In this document: positions 9,727 through 18,962 of the stretch, piece by piece
Layout of the letters: each line of letters starts with the position of its first letter
How positions within the stretch are numbered: position 1 is the first letter of the stretch
Source of the DNA: Candidatus Hydrogenedens sp.
Lineage (GTDB): Bacteria > Hydrogenedentota > Hydrogenedentia > Hydrogenedentales > Hydrogenedentaceae
Assembly (NCBI GenBank): GCA_049968235.1
Contig: JBMFRC010000015.1
Coordinates: 10,815-74,814, forward strand
Length of the DNA: 64,000 nucleotides
Direction of reading: 5' to 3'
Made by a program: the position numbers and the translations under genes
Notes under the pieces: model-generated
Told to the model about the DNA's origin: nothing
The model's input: the letters and a program-made list of their open reading frames with translations, nothing else
Databases searched by the model: none

Positions 9727-10482
9727 TTATATACATGCCTTTATTATTTGTGCAAAACTGTCTGCTTTTAAAGAAGCCCCACCTACAAGAAATCCATTAA
9801 CATCAGGTTGGGATATAAGTTCTTTTGCATTTTCAGGTTTTACACTTCCACCATATTGAATGGCAATATTTTCTGCTGTTGGTTTTCCGAATTCCCGTTC
9901 TATAAGTGAGCGTATAAATGCATGGGCTTCCTGTGCTTGTTCTTTTGTAGCATTTTTACCTGTTCCAATAGCCCACACAGGTTCATAAGCAATTACAATA
10001 TTCTTTAACTGGTCTGAAGTCAAATCGCGAAGCCCCTCAATAATTTGTCTTCTTAATACCGATTCAGTCTGATTTTCCTCTCTTTCTTCAAGGGTTTCCC
10101 CAACGCAGAACATAATTTTTAGCCCGGTTTCTACCACATATTTTAATTTCTGATTAAGCAAAGAATCTGTTTCATTAAAATATTGTCTCCTTTCACTATG
10201 ACCAATGATAGTCCATTGGCATCCGACATCCAGTAACATCTGTGGGGCTATTTCACCTGTGTAAGCACCGGATTCTTTTAAGTAACAATTTTGTCCACCT
10301 AATTGTATATTGGTTCCTTTTATAATCTCCGCTACAGGGTAAAGGCTTGTAAAGGGAGGACAAACGATTATATCAACTTGATTTATATTTTCAACTAAAA
10401 TTTTTAAGTTTTTTACCAGTTCTATGGCTTCATTTACCTTTTTATTCATCTTCCAGTTACCCGCAATAACAGGCTTAATCAT
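9727..10482 (-). CDS. tpiA: triose-phosphate isomerase
   Basis: 251 aa. 'IAGNWKMN' start, 'IAYEPVWAIGTG' active-site loop and 'QYGGSV' phosphate-binding loop. Confidence 0.9.
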   Translation of the reverse strand: MIKPVIAGNWKMNKKVNEAIELVKNLKILVENINQVDIIVCPPFTSLYPVAEIIKGTNIQLGGQNCYLKESGAYTGEIAPQMLLDVGCQWTIIGHSERRQYFNETDSLLNQKLKYVVETGLKIMFCVGETLEEREENQTESVLRRQIIEGLRDLTSDQLKNIVIAYEPVWAIGTGKNATKEQAQEAHAFIRSLIEREFGKPTAENIAIQYGGSVKPENAKELISQPDVNGFLVGGASLKADSFAQIIKACI

Positions 10483-10595
10483 GTAGCAAATTCCTTATAA
10501 TTTAACTTTTTAGTTTAAACAAAAATAACTTTATCTAAATTTTATCTCGGGAATGGATATATAGAATATCACAAAATAATGTTATATATCAAAAC

Positions 10596-13500
10596 CTATT
10601 TAGCAGATAAGGTTCTCTGTTTTGAAGATGTTAAGATTTTAATAGAAGAAAAACATTTCATAAGTATATTGGATATATCTTCTGTGTAGGTGTAGAACAG
10701 TGGAACGACTACAAGCGTTAAGATTGTTCCTAAAATTAATCCTCCTACGAGGGCTTTTCCTAAACCTGAAAACATAACTGCACCTCCTGTTTTTGCGGTA
10801 GCTAATGGAACAAGTCCAAGAATAGTGGTTAATGCGGTCATCATCACCGGTCGGAGTCGGTCTTTACTTGCTTCAATGATTATATCTGTTAATTCTTTAT
10901 TTTCTTTCTTCCGCAGGAAGTTAATATGGTCAACAATTACGATACCATTATTGACAATGACACCTACCATAAGGACGCAACCGATAAGAGTAATCATATC
11001 CCAATATGAATTTGTGAAGTAGAGTGTCCATGATGACCCGACAAGTGAAAGAGGAACGGTCGTTAAAATGACAAGAGGGAGAAGAATGGATTCAAAAGTA
11101 GCACACATCACGATGTAAATTAATACGATAGCCATACTCATCGTTATTGCAAAATTAGTTAGATTCGTCTGTATTTCTTCTAACTCAATACCATAATTAA
11201 GGTTATATCCATCAGGTAATTCAAGACGAGATATGATTTCTGTTAAGTCTTTTTTTATACGGGTTAAGTCTTCTGTGTTCGCTTTTGCCCGAAAGTTAAT
11301 AACATTCCTCCCATTATATCTTTTGACTACATCTGGTCCTGGTTTCCGTTCATAAGTTACTACTTGATGTAAAGGAATTAATCCTCCTTTACTGGAAATA
11401 ACCATTAAATTATCTAAATTAGATTTAGTTTTTCTATCTTCCTCCTTATATTGAAGCCATACAGGTATTTCGCGTGTTCCCTCTTTTAAGTAGGGAAGTT
11501 GGGCTCCTCTCAATGCGGTATCAATGGTTTGGGCTATTGTAAAGGGATTAACTCCCTGTTCGTCTATTTGCCATTCGTTCATAGATACACGCATCTCCTG
11601 TTTTTTTTGTTCAACATCCATTGTTATATCTGTAAAGATGGGATTCTCTTGCAGTATGGATTTTATCCTTTGTGCTTGTTCATAAAGAATAGTATTATCT
11701 TTGCCTGTTAACCGTAAGGTTACTTCTCGTGATGTTCCAGATTCACCGGTATCTGCAATAGAGAATTCTAATTTTCCACCAGGAATTTGAGAAGGTAAAG
11801 TATTTTTTACAATAGTCAAAGCCTCTTCTGTAGTACAAGGAGGATTTTCGCCAATTTCACCATCATCTTCTGTGTATAAATAAACATGAATTTCTCCTCC
11901 ATTATCTCCATGAAAAAGAAGAATATTTTTTATAGCAATGGCATCTCTAAGGGATTCCAATTTTTGTGAAAGTTGGTCAAATAAATCTCTTACGCGGTTT
12001 GACTCAAAATTCTGGTCGAGAGTTACTTTTATATCTACTTCGCGTGTGTCTAATTTAATCAGGTCTTTCATACCTACGGATTTTACAGGAATTAAATATG
12101 AGACTATTAAGAAGATAGATAAGCCAATAAGGAAAGATAATCTGTTTTTGAGAGACCATCTCAAACAAAGTTCTAATAAAAAGTAAATTTTCTCTAATAT
12201 TTTGAAACTTCCCGCTTTATCCCGGACAAAAATTAATATTTTACTTAGTGATATGAATATTTTGTTCTGCGAAATAATTTTATTTGAGGGGAATCCAAAA
12301 TTTAATATCAGTGGAACAATAGTAAGAGCAATGACTAAACTTCCCAATAAAGCAACAATTAAAGGACCGCCTAATTGTTGCATAAAAATTGACATTCGTC
12401 CCGCTTCCAGATAATACATAGGCAGAAATACAACAATGGTTGTTAGTGTTGATGCCGAAATGGCTACTCCTACTTCAGATGCCCCCCGAGTAGAACTTGT
12501 CGTTTTATCATAACCTAACTGCTGATAACGGATGATATTTTCAACAACAACAATAGCATTGTCTACTAACATACCTACTGAAATAATAAGGGATGCCATT
12601 GTTATTATATTGAGGGACATATCTGCAAAATACATAAAAATGATACCAATCATTAAAGAAGAGGGTATAGCAAAAGCAACAATAGTGGTAGGAATTATGC
12701 GATGTAAAAACAATAAAAGGACAATAAAAGCCATTATTCCACCATAAATCCCCTCTCCGAAAAGATTATTAAGTGCACGATTTATTAAGTCCGATTGGTC
12801 AAAAAATATTTTTGTTGAACTTCCGGAAAATGCATCTTCGGTTAGAATGTTATCCAGTTCTCTTTTAATACGGTCACAAACTGCTACTGCATTCGCTTCC
12901 GATTCTTTTATCACTAATAGGACAACACCTCCTTTGCCATCCAGAGCTACCCGTTGAGACTTTTCACGAGAGCCAAATTGGACTGTAGCAATATCTTTCA
13001 ATCGCATTCCATCTCTATTGATTACAAGATTTTCGATTTCTGAGAGGTTTCGGTACTCACCTGATAAACGAGCAAAGTATTTTCTATTATTTTGAGTTAC
13101 AGAACCGAGGGATATGTTTATAGATGAGGAACGAAGTGTATTAAGGAGAGAAACTATAGGGATGTTAAGGCTATTCAGTCGGTCTTGAGAAACCTCAATA
13201 AGTACTTCTTTTTCAGGAATGGGTGAGATTATTTGTATATCTGCAACTCCATCTAACCTTCTAAGACGGGGAATGAGAGATGTCCTGACCAGATACACAT
13301 AATTTTCTTCATCGCCCGATTTAAAAAGACCAACTGCAAAGACAGGAATAGAACCTGAACTAAATCGTTGTATAATGATTCGTTGAACTTCTTCCGGTAA
13401 AGTCATCTTTAATCGTTCTATACGGTCACGCACTTCTGCTGTTGCAAAAGTCATATCAGTATCAAGATTAAACCACATATTCACAGTACAACCATTGGAA

Positions 13501-13760
13501 GAACTGGTAGTTGCGATACTTCTTAACCCGGGGATAGTTCGAAATTCACCTTCTACGGGGATGGCTATTTGCTGTTCGACCTGTTCCGGCGAACCTCCGG
13601 GATATGGGATAAAACAACCTATGAAAGGACGGTCTACTTTAGGAAGGAATTTTAAAGGAATACGATACCACGAGATAACCCCTAATACCAGGATTGATAT
13701 AGAAATCATAATCATAGTAATAGGTCGGTTAATGGCTAATTTGGGTAACGACCAATTCAT
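10596..13760 (-). CDS. RND efflux permease (HAE1, MdtC/AcrB-like), second of tandem pair
   Basis: 1054 aa. 12-TM RND architecture with two large periplasmic loops and the conserved 'GMLVDNAIVVVENI' TM4 region. Start abuts the stop of the upstream RND gene. Confidence 0.85.
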   Translation of the reverse strand: MNWSLPKLAINRPITMIMISISILVLGVISWYRIPLKFLPKVDRPFIGCFIPYPGGSPEQVEQQIAIPVEGEFRTIPGLRSIATTSSSNGCTVNMWFNLDTDMTFATAEVRDRIERLKMTLPEEVQRIIIQRFSSGSIPVFAVGLFKSGDEENYVYLVRTSLIPRLRRLDGVADIQIISPIPEKEVLIEVSQDRLNSLNIPIVSLLNTLRSSSINISLGSVTQNNRKYFARLSGEYRNLSEIENLVINRDGMRLKDIATVQFGSREKSQRVALDGKGGVVLLVIKESEANAVAVCDRIKRELDNILTEDAFSGSSTKIFFDQSDLINRALNNLFGEGIYGGIMAFIVLLLFLHRIIPTTIVAFAIPSSLMIGIIFMYFADMSLNIITMASLIISVGMLVDNAIVVVENIIRYQQLGYDKTTSSTRGASEVGVAISASTLTTIVVFLPMYYLEAGRMSIFMQQLGGPLIVALLGSLVIALTIVPLILNFGFPSNKIISQNKIFISLSKILIFVRDKAGSFKILEKIYFLLELCLRWSLKNRLSFLIGLSIFLIVSYLIPVKSVGMKDLIKLDTREVDIKVTLDQNFESNRVRDLFDQLSQKLESLRDAIAIKNILLFHGDNGGEIHVYLYTEDDGEIGENPPCTTEEALTIVKNTLPSQIPGGKLEFSIADTGESGTSREVTLRLTGKDNTILYEQAQRIKSILQENPIFTDITMDVEQKKQEMRVSMNEWQIDEQGVNPFTIAQTIDTALRGAQLPYLKEGTREIPVWLQYKEEDRKTKSNLDNLMVISSKGGLIPLHQVVTYERKPGPDVVKRYNGRNVINFRAKANTEDLTRIKKDLTEIISRLELPDGYNLNYGIELEEIQTNLTNFAITMSMAIVLIYIVMCATFESILLPLVILTTVPLSLVGSSWTLYFTNSYWDMITLIGCVLMVGVIVNNGIVIVDHINFLRKKENKELTDIIIEASKDRLRPVMMTALTTILGLVPLATAKTGGAVMFSGLGKALVGGLILGTILTLVVVPLFYTYTEDISNILMKCFSSIKILTSSKQRTLSAK

Positions 13761-16700
13761 TTATTTTCTTCCCCTGTGGAACATACTCGAAAACATATAA
13801 TTTGCCATAGGGATTATCCAGAGTGTTAGAAGAGTACTCGAAGAAAGTCCTGCCATAACAGTTAATGCCAGAGGTTGTCTTAATTCAGAACCTTCACCAT
13901 GTGATAATAACATGGGCAGTAAACCGAGAACCGTTGTTAATGTTGTCATCAATATAGGTCTGAGACGAACCACCGCTGCCTGTACGATAGCATCATGTGT
14001 AGAAAGCCCTCTTGAAACAAGTTGGTTGGTATAGTCAATTAGAACAATAGCATTGTTTACTACTATTCCTGCAAGAACTATAGAACCTAAAAAAACCATT
14101 ACATTTAAATTTGTATTTGTCCAGAATAGCACCAAGACAACACCAATAAAGGCAAGTGGAACAGAAAACATAATCAAGATAGGCAACCAGATAGATTCAA
14201 ATTGACATGCCATAACTACATAAACAAGAAAAACAGCTAACAATAATGCGAAACGTAAACTTTGATAGGAAGTTGATAGTTCACGATTTTGACCACCAAG
14301 TGTAATAAAGAATTCGCGTGGTTTTTCTACTTCTCGTAATGATTCTAAAACTTCATTAGATACACTGGCTAAATCCCTTCCCTCAATATTTGCTGTAATC
14401 AGGGCGACTCTTTTTTGCCCTATTCTTCGAATATCACTGGGTCCTGTATCCTCTATAATTCGGGCTACATCACAAAGACGAATGGGTGTTGTTCCTTCTA
14501 CTATGGATAACTGCTTTAAGTCTTCTATGCTTTGTAAATAGGTTTGGTCTGTACGTACACGAATATCTATCTTGTCTCCTCCCCGATTGAATTTGGTGGC
14601 AATTTCCCCTTGGATTTCTCTTCTTAATTTATTTGCTACTTCCATTGGAGTTAGCCCTTTTTCAGCAAGAAGTTCTCTATCCAACTGAATAAGTAGTTCA
14701 GGATACCCCGACTGTATAGAAATATCAGCATCTTTTATCCCCTTTATAACTTTTACTTTTTGAAGACATTTTCCGCCAACACTTTTTAATATGTTCAAAT
14801 CATCACCAAAAATTTGGACTTCTAAATCGTTTTTCATTGTAAAGAGTGTAGGTAACGAAAAAACTATAGATTCCTCTGGAAGGGGTACTATAGAAGAACG
14901 AATTTCATCAATAATTTTGTCTTGTATCCTTGCTGTTTGATTTCGATTTTTCAACAAAACAGTAAATGATGCTTTGTTTTCATTTTTCCCTTTACTTTCC
15001 GATTTGGAACTTTCAGTTCCCACCTGTAATGTAACTCGTTCAACTAAGGGATGCTCTTTAAGTACTTTTTCGATTCTTGATGCTTTTTGTAAAGTCTGTT
15101 CTAATTTAGTTCCTGCACGCGTTTCAAAAAGAATATTAAATTCCCCCTGTTTCATTGCAGGGATAACTTCCTGTCCAAGGGTGGGTAGTATCTTTAATGT
15201 GTAAATAAAAAGGACTACAGCAAGAAGTATGAAAATAGGTGAAAATTTCAAACTATAAGAAAGTGAAATTCTATAAAAATATTGAAAACTTTCAAATCCG
15301 ATATGAAAGATTTGGAGGGGTATATAAAGTGTCCAATGGATAACTTTCTTCAAAATAAAAAACAGTATAAGTATGATGACAAAAATAGGGAGAGAGAAAA
15401 GAATTGAGAAGAAGATGATGGGATAAAGAATAAAATTTAATATCAACCATGAAGTAAGTTTTAACAAAAGATTAAAAGGAAAGAAAACAATTCTAATTAT
15501 ATCTTTGATTGTAGATTGTGAAAGTCTAAATTTGAATATATCAAGAAAATGTTTTTTAGATTTTCTAAAATGTCTTTTTATTATGAAGATTAAAGCATAT
15601 AAAAACGAAGATATTGTCTTTTTCTGCTTTACATTTTTATAAAATAGAAATGTACGCACAGGATGGAAAATATATTGAGTATTTTCGGATATAAAGTGTG
15701 TTTTTGATACAACCAGTGGATTAAAGAATAAAGCAACAAACAATGAAGCAAGGAGTGAAAAGGTAACAGTTAATGCAAGGTCCCCAAAAATTTGTCCTGC
15801 TATCCCTTCTACAAAAGCCACCGGGAAAAATACCGCTACAGTCGTTAGTGTTGAAGCGATTACAGCAGAACTTACTTCTGATGTCCCGCGAATGGCAGAA
15901 TCGACGACAGAATCTCCCTCTTCTCTACATCGAGCAATGCTTTCTAATACTACGATAGAATTATCCACTAACATACCGATACCTAATGCAAGTCCTCCCA
16001 ATGACATAATATTAAGAGAAATATCTCTCATGAACATGGGTATAAAAACGGTAATAATAGAAATAGGAATGGCAAAACCTATTGTAAGAGTACTTCGTAA
16101 TTCACGAAGGAAAAGATAGAGAATGAGTAATGCTAATATACCTCCATTAATAGCAGAATTTTGAACTTCCTGTATAGAACTGATAATAAACTGTGACTGG
16201 TCGCTAATGATATGAATTTTTGCATCAGCGGGGAGTGAACTAAGCAAATTCTTTTTCTTAAACAATTCTTTCCGTGATTTTGGGTCCTCAAGAGTATGTT
16301 GGCCATCAGCATCTTTAGCAACAGGTTGAAGTCCAAAGGACATCTGCTCATCTATTAATTCAGATAAACTTTTCTTCCTTTCAATTCCTAACAAATCTTT
16401 TATAAGATTACAAACTGTAACTGTATTTGAATCCCCTTCTTTGTAAATCTCTATTTCTATAGCATCTTCACCATTAATTCGGATAATTGTATCTCTTTCT
16501 TTATTTCCCCACCGGACAGTAGCAACATCTTTTAATTTAATAGGAACTGATTTTTTCTGCACATTAGATATACTTTGAGAAGAAGTTGATAACGATTTTA
16601 TGGGTAAATTGGATATCGGATTGGAATCCAGAGTAGGTATGCCAATAGATGAGGAAATAATTACATTTTTAATATCTTCAATATCCTTAAATTCTTTAAG

Positions 16701-17441
16701 GGTCCGCACAATATATTCCGTTTTCCCTTCAACTAATTTTCCCCCCGCAACATTAATATTCTGACTTGCCAGACTTTGAGTAATATCATCTAATGACAAT
16801 CCTAATGATTTAAGCATTTTGCTATCTACCAGAATTTGTATCTCTTCTTCCTGCCCTCCTTTTACTACAACCTGTGCAATCCCTGTTTCTGCCTCCAAAT
16901 CACTTTTGAGTTTTCTTTGGACAGATTCGCGAAGTGTTGTTAAATATTCATTTTTTTCCTCTGAATCTAAATTATTTGGCGGAGTAATTCCTACACGAAT
17001 TACAGGGTCTAAATTTGGATTAAATCTTAGAATAACAGGTTTTTTAGTTACCTCTTTGGGTGGTTCAAATAAGTCCAATCGGTCACGCACATCTTGTTGG
17101 GCAACATTCATATCTGTGTTCCAGAGGAATTCCAGAGTTATTTCAGAAAGTCCGACAGATGAAACACTACTAATTTCAACAAGTCCACTAACAATACTTA
17201 ACATTTCTTCAAGAGGACGAGTAACCAACTTTTCTACATCTTCGGGTGCTGCTCCCTCAAATTCTGTTTGTATGGTCAGAGAAGGATATGAGATTTCAGG
17301 CATCAGATTAATAGGGAGTTTTTGATAAGAACGCCAACCGAAAACAATAATAGTAGTGAATATCATTAATGTTGTTACGGGACGGTATATGGGAAAAGAT
17401 ATTAAGGACGATGTCGTTTGTTTTATTGGTTGTTCGCTCAC
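13761..17441 (-). CDS. RND efflux permease (HAE1, MdtB-like) with atypical insertions
   Basis: 1226 aa. Conserved RND TM4 'GMLVDNSIVVLESI' and TM10 region. The first periplasmic loop is roughly 100 aa longer than in AcrB. About 150 aa carrying 2-3 additional hydrophobic helices (residues ~581-730, nt ~15252..15701) are inserted between TM6 and TM7. Confidence 0.85.
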   Translation of the reverse strand: MSEQPIKQTTSSLISFPIYRPVTTLMIFTTIIVFGWRSYQKLPINLMPEISYPSLTIQTEFEGAAPEDVEKLVTRPLEEMLSIVSGLVEISSVSSVGLSEITLEFLWNTDMNVAQQDVRDRLDLFEPPKEVTKKPVILRFNPNLDPVIRVGITPPNNLDSEEKNEYLTTLRESVQRKLKSDLEAETGIAQVVVKGGQEEEIQILVDSKMLKSLGLSLDDITQSLASQNINVAGGKLVEGKTEYIVRTLKEFKDIEDIKNVIISSSIGIPTLDSNPISNLPIKSLSTSSQSISNVQKKSVPIKLKDVATVRWGNKERDTIIRINGEDAIEIEIYKEGDSNTVTVCNLIKDLLGIERKKSLSELIDEQMSFGLQPVAKDADGQHTLEDPKSRKELFKKKNLLSSLPADAKIHIISDQSQFIISSIQEVQNSAINGGILALLILYLFLRELRSTLTIGFAIPISIITVFIPMFMRDISLNIMSLGGLALGIGMLVDNSIVVLESIARCREEGDSVVDSAIRGTSEVSSAVIASTLTTVAVFFPVAFVEGIAGQIFGDLALTVTFSLLASLFVALFFNPLVVSKTHFISENTQYIFHPVRTFLFYKNVKQKKTISSFLYALIFIIKRHFRKSKKHFLDIFKFRLSQSTIKDIIRIVFFPFNLLLKLTSWLILNFILYPIIFFSILFSLPIFVIILILFFILKKVIHWTLYIPLQIFHIGFESFQYFYRISLSYSLKFSPIFILLAVVLFIYTLKILPTLGQEVIPAMKQGEFNILFETRAGTKLEQTLQKASRIEKVLKEHPLVERVTLQVGTESSKSESKGKNENKASFTVLLKNRNQTARIQDKIIDEIRSSIVPLPEESIVFSLPTLFTMKNDLEVQIFGDDLNILKSVGGKCLQKVKVIKGIKDADISIQSGYPELLIQLDRELLAEKGLTPMEVANKLRREIQGEIATKFNRGGDKIDIRVRTDQTYLQSIEDLKQLSIVEGTTPIRLCDVARIIEDTGPSDIRRIGQKRVALITANIEGRDLASVSNEVLESLREVEKPREFFITLGGQNRELSTSYQSLRFALLLAVFLVYVVMACQFESIWLPILIMFSVPLAFIGVVLVLFWTNTNLNVMVFLGSIVLAGIVVNNAIVLIDYTNQLVSRGLSTHDAIVQAAVVRLRPILMTTLTTVLGLLPMLLSHGEGSELRQPLALTVMAGLSSSTLLTLWIIPMANYMFSSMFHRGRK

Positions 17442-17510
17442 GATTTCTCCCTACGGCTTTATTTAATGGATTTTACTTTTCTGAAAGGTAGAAATTTACA
17501 TATAAGAAAT

Positions 17511-18686
17511 TCATGTATTTGATGTATTATTATCCGAATTCAGTATTTTTTCTAGTGATGTTACTTCAACAATAGAACCCGGCTTTAAATTCATTTGCCC
17601 TAAGGTAATTACAAGAGTATGTTCATCAATACCTTTTAATACTTCATAATAAGAACTATCTTCAAGACCGACCTGAATTTCTACTTTCTGTGCAGTAAAT
17701 TGTATTGATTTGTTTTTAATTTCATTATAATCAAGTTTCTTTATATCTTCCGTATCTTTTGTTTGTGCCGTAAAAATATACTTTTTCCCACTTTCTTCTA
17801 AAACAGCATCTTTGGGTATAACAATTACCTGGGGGTGCACTTCCATGACCAGTTTTACTCTTGCAAATGCAGAATCTTTAATGCAGGTATTTTTGTCATT
17901 TTCAAGAAACTGCAGAGTCGTTTTTATTGTCCCGGATGAAGGGTCGATCGTAGGACTAATTCGGAATACAGTTGCGATAAAGTTTTCGGAAGGACAGGAA
18001 TCAACTATAACTTCTGCTTTTTGATTTATATACACTCTGGAAATTTCGCGTTCAGGAATGTTTATTGGTAATACATAAGAATCCGGGTCCACAATAGAGA
18101 ATACAGGCATGCCTGTACTTACCAGAACACCTTTCTGTATATTTTTTCGTGTGATTATTCCACTGATAGGTGCAGTTATGGTTTGATTTTTTAATTGTAA
18201 TTGTTGAATTTTAAGGGTGGCTTCCGCAGCGTCTAATGCAAAACGTGCATTATCTCTTTCTACTTTTGAACCAATACCTTCTTTCAAACTGTTTTCTGCA
18301 ATTATAAGCGCAGATTTACATTTTTCAATATTTACCCTCGTTTGTAAAATTTGAGTTTCAACTTCTGATGTATCCAGTTTCGCTAAAATTTGTCCCTCTT
18401 TTGCATAATCTCCTTCTTCAACAAATATCTCTTCACAAATTCCCATCCCTTTAGATATTACATCTACTTTTTTTTCCGCCGTAATTCTTGTAGTAGTTTC
18501 AAAATATTTACTTATATCCTTTTTACTAGGGAATACTGCTTCAACGGGAGATGCCATTGGTTTGGTTGTATTTATTTGTGCATCATCGTTCGCATCCACT
18601 TTTTTATTCAGTGAACAACTATGAATAAATAGCGTTCCTATAACTATTACGAACAATATCCCGAAATTATACAATCTTGTTTTCAT
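17511..18686 (-). CDS. RND efflux periplasmic adaptor (membrane-fusion protein)
   Basis: 391 aa. N-terminal signal/anchor, coiled-coil hairpin region and beta-barrel/lipoyl-like segments typical of HlyD/AcrA-family adaptors. First gene of the MFP-RND-RND operon. Confidence 0.75.
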   Translation of the reverse strand: MKTRLYNFGILFVIVIGTLFIHSCSLNKKVDANDDAQINTTKPMASPVEAVFPSKKDISKYFETTTRITAEKKVDVISKGMGICEEIFVEEGDYAKEGQILAKLDTSEVETQILQTRVNIEKCKSALIIAENSLKEGIGSKVERDNARFALDAAEATLKIQQLQLKNQTITAPISGIITRKNIQKGVLVSTGMPVFSIVDPDSYVLPINIPEREISRVYINQKAEVIVDSCPSENFIATVFRISPTIDPSSGTIKTTLQFLENDKNTCIKDSAFARVKLVMEVHPQVIVIPKDAVLEESGKKYIFTAQTKDTEDIKKLDYNEIKNKSIQFTAQKVEIQVGLEDSSYYEVLKGIDEHTLVITLGQMNLKPGSIVEVTSLEKILNSDNNTSNT

Positions 18687-18858
18687 AATAACTTTCTATT
18701 TCATTTATATTATAAAAGAATCTTTTAGTTAACAAAAAGTTAAAGTACATTTATATTATATTACTAATTTGACCAATTTTTATTACATTTTGTAACACTT
18801 TTTTGCAATTATTTTTGAAAATTCAATTTTACAAAAATAAAAACTTGTAAATAATTTC

Positions 18859-18889
18859 TTGACAATTTATAATAAAAGTGGCATTATTA
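18859..18889 (+). promoter_or_regulatory. putative sigma70-type promoter for the PKD lipoprotein gene
   Basis: TTGACA at 18859-18864 followed after ~19 nt by TATTAT (18884-18889). It lies in the 228-nt AT-rich divergent intergenic region shared with the efflux operon. Confidence 0.4.
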
Positions 18890-18962
18890 TAAAGTGATAT
18901 AATTCATGTTATAATTGTATACTATTGTTGTGAACAATAAGAGCACAACTGGAGAAATTTAT

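Noticed and set aside
10825-13800. Several 65-101-aa plus-strand ORFs (10825, 11499, 11938, 12202, 12532, 13495) inside the RND permease gene
   Set aside because: They lie entirely antisense to a long, well-conserved RND CDS with clear family motifs. They have no RBS or conservation signal, so they are typical AT-rich antisense artefacts.
14974-17325. Plus-strand ORFs (76-168 aa, some Ser-rich) antisense to the 1226-aa RND gene
   Set aside because: Same reasoning as above. The 168-aa ORF is low-complexity Ser/Thr, reflecting the reverse complement of the permease coding sequence.
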